64,000 nucleotides of DNA from a virus (Duplodnaviria; Caudoviricetes). The translations under genes and the position numbers were made by a program. Below the pieces are notes generated by a model. It searched no databases, had not been told where the DNA came from, and saw only the letters and a list, made by a program, of their open reading frames with translations. Each line of letters opens with the position of its first letter. The stretch's first letter is position 1. The stretch lies in the IMG/VR virus record IMGVR_UViG_3300037424_001651, positions 1 through 64,000 of that record. One strand, 5' to 3'. This document shows, piece after piece, positions 1 to 9,764 of this stretch.

Positions 1-14
1 TTGTCAACTCGTTT

Positions 15-1016
15 GTGCCGCCCGTAGCGCCGCCTGAGATCCGTGAAGTGGTTTCGTCTGTGTCGAGCCTCCTTTCCGCTGAAGAATTTACACTCGTTGC
101 TGCCGAGCTTGGCGACGACGGCATGCTGCACGATTCCGCGATCCACACCGATGAACACGGGTTCTCCGGAACGTCCGGTTGGTGTGATCACACGTACAGG
201 CAGCGCGATGTACCAGTCGTTGCCGCGCTTGAACAACTTCGCATCGCCTCGCACGCTGGCGAGCCGATCTTGGTATTTGGCTGGGACACAAAGCGGCAGC
301 CGTGTATAGTGCCCACGCGTTTTCGTGGAAGTGCGCAAGACGTACCGGCCTTCTCGCTGTATGAGCTGGTAGCTTGCGACCCCAAGGCCCAGAATTGGTT
401 TGTGCAGAGCAGGTGGCCGCGCGGCGGAGTCTACGCTGAGCCATTCGTCGTAAGCGGCCAGTTGCGCCGCGACTTCGATGACGGCTGTGCGGGCTTGCTC
501 GGCCGTCAAGTCGAAGCGGTCCCGGAAGGTGCGGTAGCAAGCGTAGTGGATTGCGTTGCGCGAGGCTGGACACTCCCGCTCCAGCGCATGGTCGATGCCC
601 CACGCAGCGGCACGTCGGAAGGCTTCGGCACATTTTGTAAGCCACATGGCCTTGGCTGTATTGGGGCGGCGCAGCTTGAGCACGAGCGCTTCGCGCACGT
701 GCTGCTGGCGCTTCGCGTGTTTCGCGTGCTTCGCCTTAGATTTTCGGGAGTCACGTTTCAATTCGGCCCTGAGACGGAGGCACGCATGAAATATTCACGG
801 AAAACAACACAAAACCTCCCCGGCCTGAAGGCCGAGGCTTCCCGTTTGGGTGAGCTTAGCCGCGCTATTCGTCGCGCGTGCACGCACGAAGACATCGGAC
901 CCTCTGATCTCGAAGGCGCAGGCATCTGTCGAAGCTGCGGTGCCGACATCATGCCCGAGGACATGCCTGCACCCTCCGAAAGGCGCGGTGATGCCCGCGA
1001 GGAAAAAAGCACGTAG
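15..1016 (+). CDS. hypothetical protein
   Basis: Long ORF, GTG start, no recognisable motif; true start may lie outside the window. Confidence 0.35.
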   Translation: MPPVAPPEIREVVSSVSSLLSAEEFTLVAAELGDDGMLHDSAIHTDEHGFSGTSGWCDHTYRQRDVPVVAALEQLRIASHAGEPILVFGWDTKRQPCIVPTRFRGSAQDVPAFSLYELVACDPKAQNWFVQSRWPRGGVYAEPFVVSGQLRRDFDDGCAGLLGRQVEAVPEGAVASVVDCVARGWTLPLQRMVDAPRSGTSEGFGTFCKPHGLGCIGAAQLEHERFAHVLLALRVFRVLRLRFSGVTFQFGPETEARMKYSRKTTQNLPGLKAEASRLGELSRAIRRACTHEDIGPSDLEGAGICRSCGADIMPEDMPAPSERRGDAREEKST

Positions 1017-1383
1017 GCGTCGGTGGAGCCGGGTGACGTGGCTTGCGCTTTGGATAGTTCGTGGTCGTCCACAGCAACTTCCAATGTTCGAGCTTCTGAC
1101 CATCCCCGAGGAAGCCTTCGACTATCACAACGTGTTCTACGTTGGTGACGAGGCGCATCCGCAGGCGTCGATTTGGAGGAGCCGCGGTGGTTACTTCAGC
1201 GGGGAGGACGCTTTCCTCTACCAACCATCACACGGCGCAAGCTCTGCCGCACTACCACAAGCGTGCAAGAACCTCTGGGAGTGCTTGCGCAGCCATGGCG
1301 TCCCGGCGTGGTACGGTAAGGTCGTCAACCAGCGGCTGCGCAAGCCGGGCCGCTTCGACGGATCCGTGAGGCGACGCCCATGA
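850..1383 (+). CDS. hypothetical protein (start probably 991 or 1084)
   Basis: ORF track; protein-like C-terminal half. Confidence 0.4.
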   Translation: MSLAALFVARARTKTSDPLISKAQASVEAAVPTSCPRTCLHPPKGAVMPARKKARRRRWSRVTWLALWIVRGRPQQLPMFELLTIPEEAFDYHNVFYVGDEAHPQASIWRSRGGYFSGEDAFLYQPSHGASSAALPQACKNLWECLRSHGVPAWYGKVVNQRLRKPGRFDGSVRRRP

Positions 1384-1817
1384 CCTTTGCCTCTACCCGT
1401 TCTGGTTGTCGTGGGTGGTGCACGACACTGTGTGGCAGATCCAGGAGATAGTATTCAAGCTGCCTGGTGTGAGCGGATCCAGCAGCGGTTGGACAAGAGA
1501 CGGCGGCGGCAAGAGATCAAGGAGAGAATGCTCGATGCAGTGCGTCGGTCGAATAATAATCCACTCGACCCAGAAACGGCAGGTATGCGGCAGTGGCTGG
1601 ACGGCATTCGACGTCGGCCGATACTTTGAACTTGACGCGATGAGGGTGTAGCTGGTATACCAGCAACGGCGAGGTGAGTTGACATCTTGAATCAAGAAGT
1701 GGACGCTGCTGGACTTCCAGCAGTGATGTCTGATGGCACCGGATGGGACGAGAACAAGCGTATATGTGAACCCTGCGGCGGAACGGGCCGCGACATCGAA
1801 CAGTGGAGAGCAAGCAG

Positions 1818-2123
1818 ATGAGATTATTCGTAGGAAATCTTCCCTTCAGCACCGACGATGAAGAGCTGCGTGAGTTGTTCGGCAATCACGGAGCTGTCCA
1901 CGACGCTCAGGTCATCAAGGACCGTGACAACCCGGAACGCTCTCGTGGTTTCGGTTTCGTGGAGATGGGTACGGACGCTGAGGCGCGTGCCGCCATCAGC
2001 GCGCTGGATGGCTACGACCTTCACGGTCGCACGCTCAACGTGAATGAGGCTCGTGCACGCGAAAGCCGTAATAGTGGAGGTGGCAACGGTGGCGGCGGCG
2101 ACCGGCGCAGGAGTAGGAAATAG
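1818..2123 (+). CDS. RRM (RNP-1) RNA-binding protein with Gly/Arg-rich tail
   Basis: RNP2 LFVGNL and RNP1 RGFGFVEM, LNVNEAR, GGGNGGGGDRRR tail. Confidence 0.95.
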   Translation: MRLFVGNLPFSTDDEELRELFGNHGAVHDAQVIKDRDNPERSRGFGFVEMGTDAEARAAISALDGYDLHGRTLNVNEARARESRNSGGGNGGGGDRRRSRK

Positions 2124-2125
2124 AC

Positions 2126-2199
2126 GGACCCATAGCCTAATTGGTTAAGGCGTCTGGTTCATAACCGGAAGACTCTCGGTTCGATTCCGAGTGGGTCCA
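2126..2199 (+). tRNA. tRNA with CAT anticodon (elongator Met or Ile2), no encoded CCA
   Basis: GGACCCA/TGGGTCC acceptor, TCTGG-TTCATAA-CCGGA anticodon arm, TTCGATT T-loop; G1-C72 pair argues against initiator. Confidence 0.93.
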
Positions 2200-2206
2200 C
2201 GGAGGG

Positions 2207-2452
2207 GTGGTGGCAGACTGTATCGAAAGCTTGCGGCCGTACGTGAAGGCCCTCATCCGAATACAGGAAGAGGTCCACAAGGACCGGCATGCGTGTGCTG
2301 GCAGCATCACACAGCTTGCGCTAGCCATCGCCATCGGCCACGCGTTGGGTGACGACCCGCACTTCAAGCTGGCGGCGCGCGAGGATGTGGCGCGCGCGCT
2401 TCAGCACGTGCGCGACAAAGCGGCAGGCATTCTCCCGCTAGACGAGGGCTAG
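2207..2452 (+). CDS. hypothetical protein
   Basis: SD GGAGG + GTG. Confidence 0.55.
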   Translation: MVADCIESLRPYVKALIRIQEEVHKDRHACAGSITQLALAIAIGHALGDDPHFKLAAREDVARALQHVRDKAAGILPLDEG

Positions 2453-2456
2453 GCTG

Positions 2457-2915
2457 TTGGCGGACGAACGGCGCGGCGGCCTCGGTTGCTGGGGCACCTT
2501 CTTTATCGCGTGCCTTGCTGTACTGTTCATGCGTACGTGCTGCGCGAATACGTGTGCGGATGAGCCTTGTAAAGTGATCCAAGACCTCAACCGGAGGCTG
2601 ACCAAGGTCGAGCTGGAGAACCAGAAGTTCCGCTCGCTGTTCTTGCAAATCGCTGGGACGACCAAGGTTGACGGGTTGCGTGAACTCATCCGGTCGCTGA
2701 TTCCCGGCCCATACCACGACAACTGCGCGAGCATGGTCCCCGAAGCTTGTCAGGAGTGTATGGTAGGCGATAGCGAGCGGGAGCTTCGGGTTGGTCTGCG
2801 TGAGTTCAAAAGATGGATTGGCTCCAGTCCCGATGCAGGATTAATCGGTAACCAGCGTTGCAATATCACCGACAAGCTCCGTGCGTTGGGGTTGCTCGCC
2901 GAGGAGACACCGTGA
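2457..2915 (+). CDS. membrane-anchored Cys-rich hypothetical protein
   Basis: N-terminal hydrophobic segment, coiled coil. Confidence 0.55.
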   Translation: MADERRGGLGCWGTFFIACLAVLFMRTCCANTCADEPCKVIQDLNRRLTKVELENQKFRSLFLQIAGTTKVDGLRELIRSLIPGPYHDNCASMVPEACQECMVGDSERELRVGLREFKRWIGSSPDAGLIGNQRCNITDKLRALGLLAEETP

Positions 2916-3418
2916 AGCACGTCTATCACAAAACGGTTAATTCGGGCATCCGGTCCATGGTCATCGAAGACTCCATGGTTCAGGGCTGGTTGGATTTAAT
3001 AGAATTGCAACATGACTCTGGCATGGCTGAAACCATGGAAATTGTTGACACCGACACGTTCATGTTCGACCAGGGCGGGATCGTGGCGCAGGATGAACCC
3101 GCGGTGTCGGTGCGTCTTGGCCGTTGTACGTTTAGTGTTTTCCTCAGACACACTGATGGCGTGGTCGAAGCCCTGCGCCACGTCAGGTCTGGTGCGAAAA
3201 ACGACGCCATCGGTGACCACGTCTTCATACCGGGCTGGATTCACTCGCTTCTCTTGTCCCCGAAAACAGCGCAAGAGTTGGCCCACCTGCTCGAAATAGA
3301 GATCAAGTCAAGAGCTGACGACATCGACAAGGCGTGGGACATGTACAACAAGAGCATGTCCGACGTAAACAGCAATGGGTTCAAAGTTTTACCACGAAAG
3401 CGCGAGGACACGCGATGA
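2912..3418 (+). CDS. hypothetical protein
   Basis: GTGA overlap with upstream stop, SD GAGGAG. Confidence 0.6.
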   Translation: MKHVYHKTVNSGIRSMVIEDSMVQGWLDLIELQHDSGMAETMEIVDTDTFMFDQGGIVAQDEPAVSVRLGRCTFSVFLRHTDGVVEALRHVRSGAKNDAIGDHVFIPGWIHSLLLSPKTAQELAHLLEIEIKSRADDIDKAWDMYNKSMSDVNSNGFKVLPRKREDTR

Positions 3419-3855
3419 ACACAAACGAAATGAATGTTTGGATCGCTGCAATGGGGGGTCTTCTCGCAGTTACCCTCCTCATTTACTGTATCATTGTAGC
3501 CGGACGAATCCATCGAACTATAGTTATTCGAGAGTATCTCGAAGACCGGAAGAAGGCCGAGGAAATGCAGAGACATCGGCAAGTCTTCCGGCACGACTCG
3601 GCAGGCTTCTCGTTCACCCGACAACTTACCGCAGGCTCGGCGGCCATAGAAACGGTAGGTGTTCCATATGCTGTCATCAAACAAGTCACCACGAATCACC
3701 ACCTGCACCAGATCAACGAAGAAAGCAAAAAGATCTGTTTACCTGGCGGGCGCGAAATTAGCTGCGTAGATCACCAGATCGTCGTTGAAATAGAATATCT
3801 CGACGGAACAACACGAACCTTCGAGAACGTGTTTGCTGGCGAAACGCATGGGTGA
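3415..3855 (+). CDS. membrane-anchored hypothetical protein
   Basis: ATGA overlap; TM segment WIAAMGGLLAVTLLIYCIIVAG. Confidence 0.6.
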   Translation: MNTNEMNVWIAAMGGLLAVTLLIYCIIVAGRIHRTIVIREYLEDRKKAEEMQRHRQVFRHDSAGFSFTRQLTAGSAAIETVGVPYAVIKQVTTNHHLHQINEESKKICLPGGREISCVDHQIVVEIEYLDGTTRTFENVFAGETHG

Positions 3856-4231
3856 AGCTTACGCACGCTGCCCCGAGTGTGAGAAGACCAAGGACATTCG
3901 CTGGTGTGACAACTGCGGGTGCAGGCTCAAGTACGTGGCCATCGACGAGGGCCACGGCTTCGGCCACTACCTCGACGGCCACCGCTTCCACTTCTGCTCG
4001 GACGAGTGTCACGACGAATGGCACGCGATCAAGCGCCCGAAGAAACCCGAGAACTGGGACGGATCGGCGAACGCGCGCGCTACGGGCGGCGTGACGCTGG
4101 AGTGTCGGGGCTGCCAGTTCAAGATCAACTCGATAGACTTCGTCAAGTTGCGTCCGGAAGACTACACGTCCGAGGCGCTTGACATGGGCGGTTGTCCGCG
4201 ATGCGGTCACTACATGATCGTGGTGCTGTAG
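3848..4231 (+). CDS. Zn-binding (CxxC-rich) hypothetical protein
   Basis: Five CxxC-type motifs. Confidence 0.65.
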   Translation: MGEAYARCPECEKTKDIRWCDNCGCRLKYVAIDEGHGFGHYLDGHRFHFCSDECHDEWHAIKRPKKPENWDGSANARATGGVTLECRGCQFKINSIDFVKLRPEDYTSEALDMGGCPRCGHYMIVVL

Positions 4232-4286
4232 CGCCACCGGAAATAAACACGGCTCGTCAAAGCGGCTGGCCAAGGAAGGATCGGAA

Positions 4287-4775
4287 ATGAAGCACGTAGC
4301 ATGGACGTTTGTCTCTATCAGCTTGGTCATGGGCCTCCTCGCATGCGAGGCCAAAAAGTCCAAGGTTATCAGCGCGACTGGTGAGGATGCCGAGGCCGCG
4401 GATGCAGTGTCGGCCGATGGGCAGCTTCCGAAACCGGCGAAGACGTACACGCAAGTGACGGTCGTCAAGGAATTCGAGGAAGTGCGGTGCACGCGTTTCT
4501 TCGACTGCTTTCCCACCGAGCTTGTGGTGAAGATACAGAACGCGAAAGACGTCCCGGAGTGTGTGAACAACCGAATCGCAGACATCTACAACACACGCCG
4601 TGACGGCGAGGGCAAGCCGATGTTCTGCGAAACCGGTGAGACATTCCACAATGAGCAGGCGAACCTCTGTCTGGATTGGCTGCGAACTTCGCATTGCGGC
4701 GACTTCGTTCAGGCGTTCATGGCGACGGAACCCTTCGCAATCTGTCAGTTCGTGTGCACCACGCCTATGGACTGA
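4287..4775 (+). CDS. putative lipoprotein
   Basis: Signal peptide ending in lipobox-like LLAC. Confidence 0.65.
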   Translation: MKHVAWTFVSISLVMGLLACEAKKSKVISATGEDAEAADAVSADGQLPKPAKTYTQVTVVKEFEEVRCTRFFDCFPTELVVKIQNAKDVPECVNNRIADIYNTRRDGEGKPMFCETGETFHNEQANLCLDWLRTSHCGDFVQAFMATEPFAICQFVCTTPMD

Positions 4776-4784
4776 GCAAACGCC

Positions 4785-4802
4785 TTGTCCCTGACCCTGC
4801 CT
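4785..4802 (+). repeat. dispersed intergenic motif, copy 1
   Basis: TTGTCCCTGACCCTGCCT. Confidence 0.85.
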
Positions 4803-4827
4803 GTAGGCGGTGGTAAGAGGAGTGAAC

Positions 4828-5373
4828 ATGTCTGGTGATAACGACAGGGCCAAGGACAGCGCGGCCCCGGTGAAGAATGCCGTCACGCAAACCGTGGAGG
4901 CGACAGCCCGTGTCCTTGGTGATGGCATGGTACAAGTGATCCAAGAGAACCGTGATGCACCCTACATCTACATCCCCATCGTCCGCCGCATGCTCGACGC
5001 GCTGGAGCGTGTTAGTTCGATGCCCGTGTTGGGTGCGAGCGACCTCGGCGTTGGTGAGGACGGTTACGGTATGATCCGTGCAGGTAATCTCATGTCTGCA
5101 CGTGGCCTGCGTGACGATCCGGTCATGGCCGGTGTGCAAGGCGTGCTTGAAGTCCTTCAGCCTCTACTTGATCAGGTGATGGGGCAACAGCGCATTCCGG
5201 CGTTGCGGGCTGTGCTGGAGTCGCCGTTGTGCTCGGGTGAAGTCAAGCAGCGCGCGGCTGATGAACTCTCGCGTCTCGTCATGGACTTCATCGCCCCCGA
5301 GGCTGTGGATGCCGCAGCAGAATTTCTGGGAGCAGGACTCGATGGTGTTGTTCCGACCGTGGCCCCAAGGTGA
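4828..5373 (+). CDS. hypothetical protein
   Basis: SD GAGGAG + ATG. Confidence 0.6.
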   Translation: MSGDNDRAKDSAAPVKNAVTQTVEATARVLGDGMVQVIQENRDAPYIYIPIVRRMLDALERVSSMPVLGASDLGVGEDGYGMIRAGNLMSARGLRDDPVMAGVQGVLEVLQPLLDQVMGQQRIPALRAVLESPLCSGEVKQRAADELSRLVMDFIAPEAVDAAAEFLGAGLDGVVPTVAPR

Positions 5374-5472
5374 AACCATGAAAGTAGAAGTCAAGAACCA
5401 CTGCAATGGTGTCTTCTGCGAAAAGAAAGCCTTGAGGTAGTTCTTCTGACAACCGAAAGAAAGTAGGCAACC

Positions 5473-5757
5473 ATGAAAATTCGCACTGTGAATGCAGACT
5501 ACACTCTCGCAGTTGAGTCTGTAGACTATGATATCAGCAACAATGAAGTCAACGTACTTCTGACCAACACAGAAAATGGCGAGACAGTTTTCTTGATTTT
5601 TCACGAGGTAGACTGTCGCGAAATAGCTCATGCGCTGGCTCCGCACATTCGCCATGCGTGTTACGAGAAGGGCGCACATCCTGCGGCGCGCGAACTTCGG
5701 GATCTTACAAGTCTTGTCGAGAACACGATCCACGAGAGCGAGAAGGAGAAGCCATGA
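5473..5757 (+). CDS. hypothetical protein
   Basis: ORF track, coupled to next gene. Confidence 0.55.
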   Translation: MKIRTVNADYTLAVESVDYDISNNEVNVLLTNTENGETVFLIFHEVDCREIAHALAPHIRHACYEKGAHPAARELRDLTSLVENTIHESEKEKP

Positions 5758-5887
5758 AAATAACTACAGACATCATGTCACAAGACGGACGAAGAACCGA
5801 AGCTGATATCATGAACAAACACGCACTAGCGAGCGGGGACCGTGATCGTGCCTTGGAGAAGCTCCGCAAGGCGCTGGAGGGAACGGC

Positions 5888-6670
5888 ATGAACATTTACA
5901 TCCCGACAGTCTTTGGCGACGTGAACATTCACCCGGGGCGCGACGATGCCAAGGGTGTCACCGAAGTACAAACCACGAAGCTCACGCCGACTGAGAAAAA
6001 AGCTGTCATCGGCTTGCTCAACAAGTACACGGTGAATGCCGACCCGAAGGATCTGGAGGACAAGACCTTCCACATCGGCGAGAACTTTGCTGTGGTGCAC
6101 AGCTACCTTGTGAAACAGTTAAAAGCTGGGAAGAAGACGGTGACTGCGGCGAAGCTTGTAGATGGCAGCCTCATCGAGGTTCACGATGAAGAGCAGCTTC
6201 GCAAGCTCGGTGAGAGCGGCAAGGCGAAGGCTGTGACCACGACCTCGACGCCTGCACGTGGCTGTCCGATGCCGCGCTTCGAGCCTCGTGAGATCCGTGC
6301 GAGCCGGGTGCTGCAAGAGTTCCTCAACCCGGTACAGCTTCAAGACTTCGCGAACTACGGCGCGTTCGTGGTCTTCGGCGGCGACAGCGGTCACCGCTTT
6401 CGCATCACACATCGCTTTTCCCGTCTCTTCGAGAACCCCGATGAGCGCTGGTTCGTCAAGGACTTGGACGAGAATCGTGGTTACTGTTCGCACATCACCG
6501 AGCTTCCGCCGAGCGAGGAGATGCTGGCGCTCATGATCGCCATTGCCTTCAAGGAGAACTGGTGGCTGCATGAGCGGGGCTGCGACGACCCGGCGACCGG
6601 TGGCCCGGCGATTCGGCCCCTTTTGCGGGGTGACATCACTCCGATCCTCACGGCCATCGAGTTCGCGTGA
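5888..6670 (+). CDS. conserved-looking hypothetical protein
   Basis: ATGA overlap; strongly coding-like codon use. Confidence 0.7.
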   Translation: MNIYIPTVFGDVNIHPGRDDAKGVTEVQTTKLTPTEKKAVIGLLNKYTVNADPKDLEDKTFHIGENFAVVHSYLVKQLKAGKKTVTAAKLVDGSLIEVHDEEQLRKLGESGKAKAVTTTSTPARGCPMPRFEPREIRASRVLQEFLNPVQLQDFANYGAFVVFGGDSGHRFRITHRFSRLFENPDERWFVKDLDENRGYCSHITELPPSEEMLALMIAIAFKENWWLHERGCDDPATGGPAIRPLLRGDITPILTAIEFA

Positions 6671-6888
6671 TGCGCAGATCTTCTTTCAATGTTACCTACC
6701 GTCGCCGCGAGGACTGGGACGGCCCACCGGATCGGCCGAGCTACCGTATCGGCTTTGAGAAGGACGGCGAGGACATCGACTTGCTCCGTGCGATCCTCAA
6801 CACGTTGCAGGGTATGTGCGCACTGCACGAACTCGACGGCAAGCGTATCCGGGTCACCCTCTCCATCCTCGACGAAAAAACTTCTTGA
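6667..6888 (+). CDS. hypothetical protein
   Basis: Overlapping start, coding-like. Confidence 0.55.
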   Translation: MMRRSSFNVTYRRREDWDGPPDRPSYRIGFEKDGEDIDLLRAILNTLQGMCALHELDGKRIRVTLSILDEKTS

Positions 6889-6909
6889 CACCAACACCAA
6901 CATGGTGTT
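6885..6909 (+). promoter_or_regulatory. -35 TTGACA followed by inverted repeat AACACCA-ACA-TGGTGTT (candidate operator)
   Basis: Seen directly upstream of an RHH gene; -10 box is weak. Confidence 0.45.
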
Positions 6910-6922
6910 AGCTAGGGGAATC

Positions 6923-7093
6923 GTGACACCGAAAACCAAAACAGCTAAGAAAAAGGTCGTAACGATGAACCTTCGTATCCCCACAGTGCTGTATCGTAGG
7001 CTGGCGCGGGTCGCGGAGGCAGACCGTCGGTCTATGCATACATGTATCCTCATGGCCCTAGAAGCGTGGCTGGAGAGGCGGAAGAAGGCATGA
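6923..7093 (+). CDS. Arc/ribbon-helix-helix DNA-binding protein
   Basis: TMNLRIPTVLYRRLARVAEADRRSMHTCILMALE pattern. Confidence 0.75.
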   Translation: MTPKTKTAKKKVVTMNLRIPTVLYRRLARVAEADRRSMHTCILMALEAWLERRKKA

Positions 7094-7398
7094 TTCGGCG
7101 CTCCCAGCGTGGTTTTGGTGGCTATGCTGAAAAAGCACATACCCGGGTGAATACCCGGGTGACCTCGGTCGTCTCGCCCATCAGTACGGCACAGACGCTG
7201 ACGGAGGATAGTGTGGACACACAGACATGGCTAAAGCAGTGGGAAGATGCAGGTCGCCCGAAGGCGTTGCCGACCCGGCTTTTCTTTTCCTTGACAGCGG
7301 AGATCGTGCAGTTCTTGTACGAGACTGAGGACTGGGAGGTCTTCACGTGGGCTGAGGTGAATTCTGTCGTCGGCCTCGATCACGGCTTCGACGTTTAG
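7090..7398 (+). CDS. hypothetical protein
   Basis: Overlapping ATG; shares TWLxxxExAGRPxxLPxxLF motif with 17914. Confidence 0.6.
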   Translation: MIRRSQRGFGGYAEKAHTRVNTRVTSVVSPISTAQTLTEDSVDTQTWLKQWEDAGRPKALPTRLFFSLTAEIVQFLYETEDWEVFTWAEVNSVVGLDHGFDV

Positions 7399-7455
7399 TT
7401 CGATGAGGAGGGCTGCGCCGAGGACGCGGATGAGGGCGTCGAGAAGGGGTTTGTT

Positions 7456-7746
7456 ATGCAGGGCTTCAGCAACCAAGAGCAAGATGTGATCATGCTCTTG
7501 ACCGACGCGAATCTTCAGCGTCGCTATGCCATCGCTTGCTGGTGTGTGGCTGAGTTCGCGCCCGAGGCGCGTGAGAAGCTCATCCATGAGATCATTGGAC
7601 TTACGGCGTTGCGCCTCGATTGCATCCCGGAGCCGTGGAAGCTCTTCGCGTCTACAGCGGAAGATACGGACACGGTTCTTCTCCCGATACAACTTTCACG
7701 CTTGCGTGCGTTGGTGGACAACTATGAGGCGAGGATCAAGGAGTGA
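7456..7746 (+). CDS. hypothetical protein
   Basis: ORF track. Confidence 0.55.
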   Translation: MQGFSNQEQDVIMLLTDANLQRRYAIACWCVAEFAPEAREKLIHEIIGLTALRLDCIPEPWKLFASTAEDTDTVLLPIQLSRLRALVDNYEARIKE

Positions 7747-7751
7747 GGAAC

Positions 7752-9764
7752 ATGGGAAAAATTAGCACAGTCCCGATGGGGATCTATCAGCCTCAAGATC
7801 TGACGGAACTCATCCAAAATATGGCTGGGCATGTGGGTCGCCCATCGAACGTGGACTTCGAGCTTGTGCGTAACGCATGGCAGGCGATTATACGCAAGCG
7901 TGAAGAGATCGGCCCGTATCAAGGCGTGATCAGGGTTTGGTTCGATCCGTTCTACGCGCAGAAATATGGCATCTACAAGCTCATGTTTGTGGATAATGGC
8001 ATCGGGATGACCGGTGAGGAATTGTTTCACTACATCAATCACGTCGGATCTTCGGGTAACATACAGAGTGTTGTCAACTCCTTCGGGATTGGGGCGAAAA
8101 TCACGGCCATACGCTACAATCCAGAAGGCGTTGTCTACGTGTCTAAACGGGCTGGTTGTGCACCAGTCATGGGGGTGGTGCACTATAACGCTAAGGAGAA
8201 GTATTATGGGTTCCGGCGTATAAAAGATGTATACGGTCAAACACATGACTGGCATACGCTTGACGTTACAGACGAACGCTTCACCACTGCTGCGCTGGAT
8301 GTGATTAAGGATCACGGTACTGCTGTCATACTTTTGGGTACAAAGCTGGATTCCGATACATTCCGTCCACCAGCGAATGAGGATGTGCGCGGCGCTTCGC
8401 GGTTTCATGTCCGCAAGCTTAATACCCGTTTCTGGTGTGTCTCCGATGACATTCAGATCAGTTGTGCAAATGAGTATACACAACACGTTGTTGACGGTCA
8501 AAAGGTGTGGGGTTTCCCCCCAGACAAGCCCACACCGCGCCGGGATGTGCACGGACAGCAGCACTACCTTGCACAGAATTTACTACAGTGGGAAGGCGAA
8601 CCACTTTGTGGTGAAGTCTACCTGCCGGAAAATGAAGCGCTGGTACGTTATTACGTGCGCGATATTGATGCTACGCATGTACACCGTACTTCAGCGCATT
8701 ACGAAGGATCCGCGCAAGTGGGCGCACTGTACCAAAACGAGGTGTACGATCATCGGGTAGGTCCAGCGGCGTATATACGGCTCCGGCAATTTGGGCTGTA
8801 CGGCGCACCTAACGGTACGGCTATGATTATCGAGCCGTTTCCGCAGGCTCCTCGTATTATACGTGCAGATATCGGACGTGAAGCGCTCAAGATCATCACA
8901 CCCTTAAATCCCGGAGTGGATGTTGCGGGCGATTCCGTAGATCTTCCGTGGGCAGCTTATGGCGACGAGTTCCAGAAGCTGGCCGCGAGCAAAGCGCCTC
9001 GCTTGCTCGATTTTCTGACAGCACGTGCCGGTGGGCGTTCGGACGAAGAGGTAACCCGTGATGTGCACAACCGACTCAAAAAACAATGGTGGTTCAAGCG
9101 CGCACTGGACTGGTTCGAGCGTATACCTGTCGAGGAAAAAGTAGAAAAGCGTTACCGCAAGAAGGAGTCCGAGGAGGGCGGCGGTGGCGGTGGCGGTGGC
9201 GGTGGCGGTGGCGAACCGGATCTCGATAAGCTCATACCGGATGAGGACGGCAATATCGTACTGATCGGGACACAGACGAAGGATCGGGAGCGTCCTAAAG
9301 CGCGTCCGTTGCCACACGTAGAATGGGTCACCTTCGAGGAGGATGACACACAGATGCGTGCGTCTGTAGCTGATTACAGCGAATTGCGTAATTGTATCAA
9401 AGCCAATAAGGATTTTCCGGGGGTGCGTGGTGCGATACACTACTGGATCGCGCAGTTCGTCAAGCAATACGGCCCCTCGGAGCGGTTGCGTATCGAACGC
9501 GAGGTCGAGGCTGTCGTTTATGGTGTCTACGAGTACCGACTCATAGAGCACGTAGCTGTCGTACGGACGGCTGCGAAGCGACCTGAATGGTCGGACAAAG
9601 AGATCGCGAATCGTCTCAGTCCATTGAATTTCACAGACGCTGTGACGTGTTACACGAGCTTGAATCGCGACATCCAAACGCAATGTCGTATACGTGTCGG
9701 TAAGGTGGGGGGTGCCAGCACGTCGGGGAGTGCCAGCACGTCGGGGAGTGTCGATGGCAAATGA
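7752..9764 (+). CDS. GHKL (MORC/Hsp90/MutL-like) ATPase with poly-Gly linker
   Basis: ELVRNA, DNGIGMT, SFGIGAK and HGT Bergerat-fold motifs. Confidence 0.85.
   Translation: MGKISTVPMGIYQPQDLTELIQNMAGHVGRPSNVDFELVRNAWQAIIRKREEIGPYQGVIRVWFDPFYAQKYGIYKLMFVDNGIGMTGEELFHYINHVGSSGNIQSVVNSFGIGAKITAIRYNPEGVVYVSKRAGCAPVMGVVHYNAKEKYYGFRRIKDVYGQTHDWHTLDVTDERFTTAALDVIKDHGTAVILLGTKLDSDTFRPPANEDVRGASRFHVRKLNTRFWCVSDDIQISCANEYTQHVVDGQKVWGFPPDKPTPRRDVHGQQHYLAQNLLQWEGEPLCGEVYLPENEALVRYYVRDIDATHVHRTSAHYEGSAQVGALYQNEVYDHRVGPAAYIRLRQFGLYGAPNGTAMIIEPFPQAPRIIRADIGREALKIITPLNPGVDVAGDSVDLPWAAYGDEFQKLAASKAPRLLDFLTARAGGRSDEEVTRDVHNRLKKQWWFKRALDWFERIPVEEKVEKRYRKKESEEGGGGGGGGGGGGEPDLDKLIPDEDGNIVLIGTQTKDRERPKARPLPHVEWVTFEEDDTQMRASVADYSELRNCIKANKDFPGVRGAIHYWIAQFVKQYGPSERLRIEREVEAVVYGVYEYRLIEHVAVVRTAAKRPEWSDKEIANRLSPLNFTDAVTCYTSLNRDIQTQCRIRVGKVGGASTSGSASTSGSVDGK

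Noticed and set aside
4785-4820. TTGTCC of the dispersed motif as a sigma70 -35 box
   Set aside because: No TAnnnT at 16-18 bp in the copies checked, and three copies point away from the downstream gene.
9178-9212. (GGCGGT)n microsatellite as a phase-variation switch
   Set aside because: The unit is 6 bp, so slippage keeps the frame; it only changes the length of the Gly linker.
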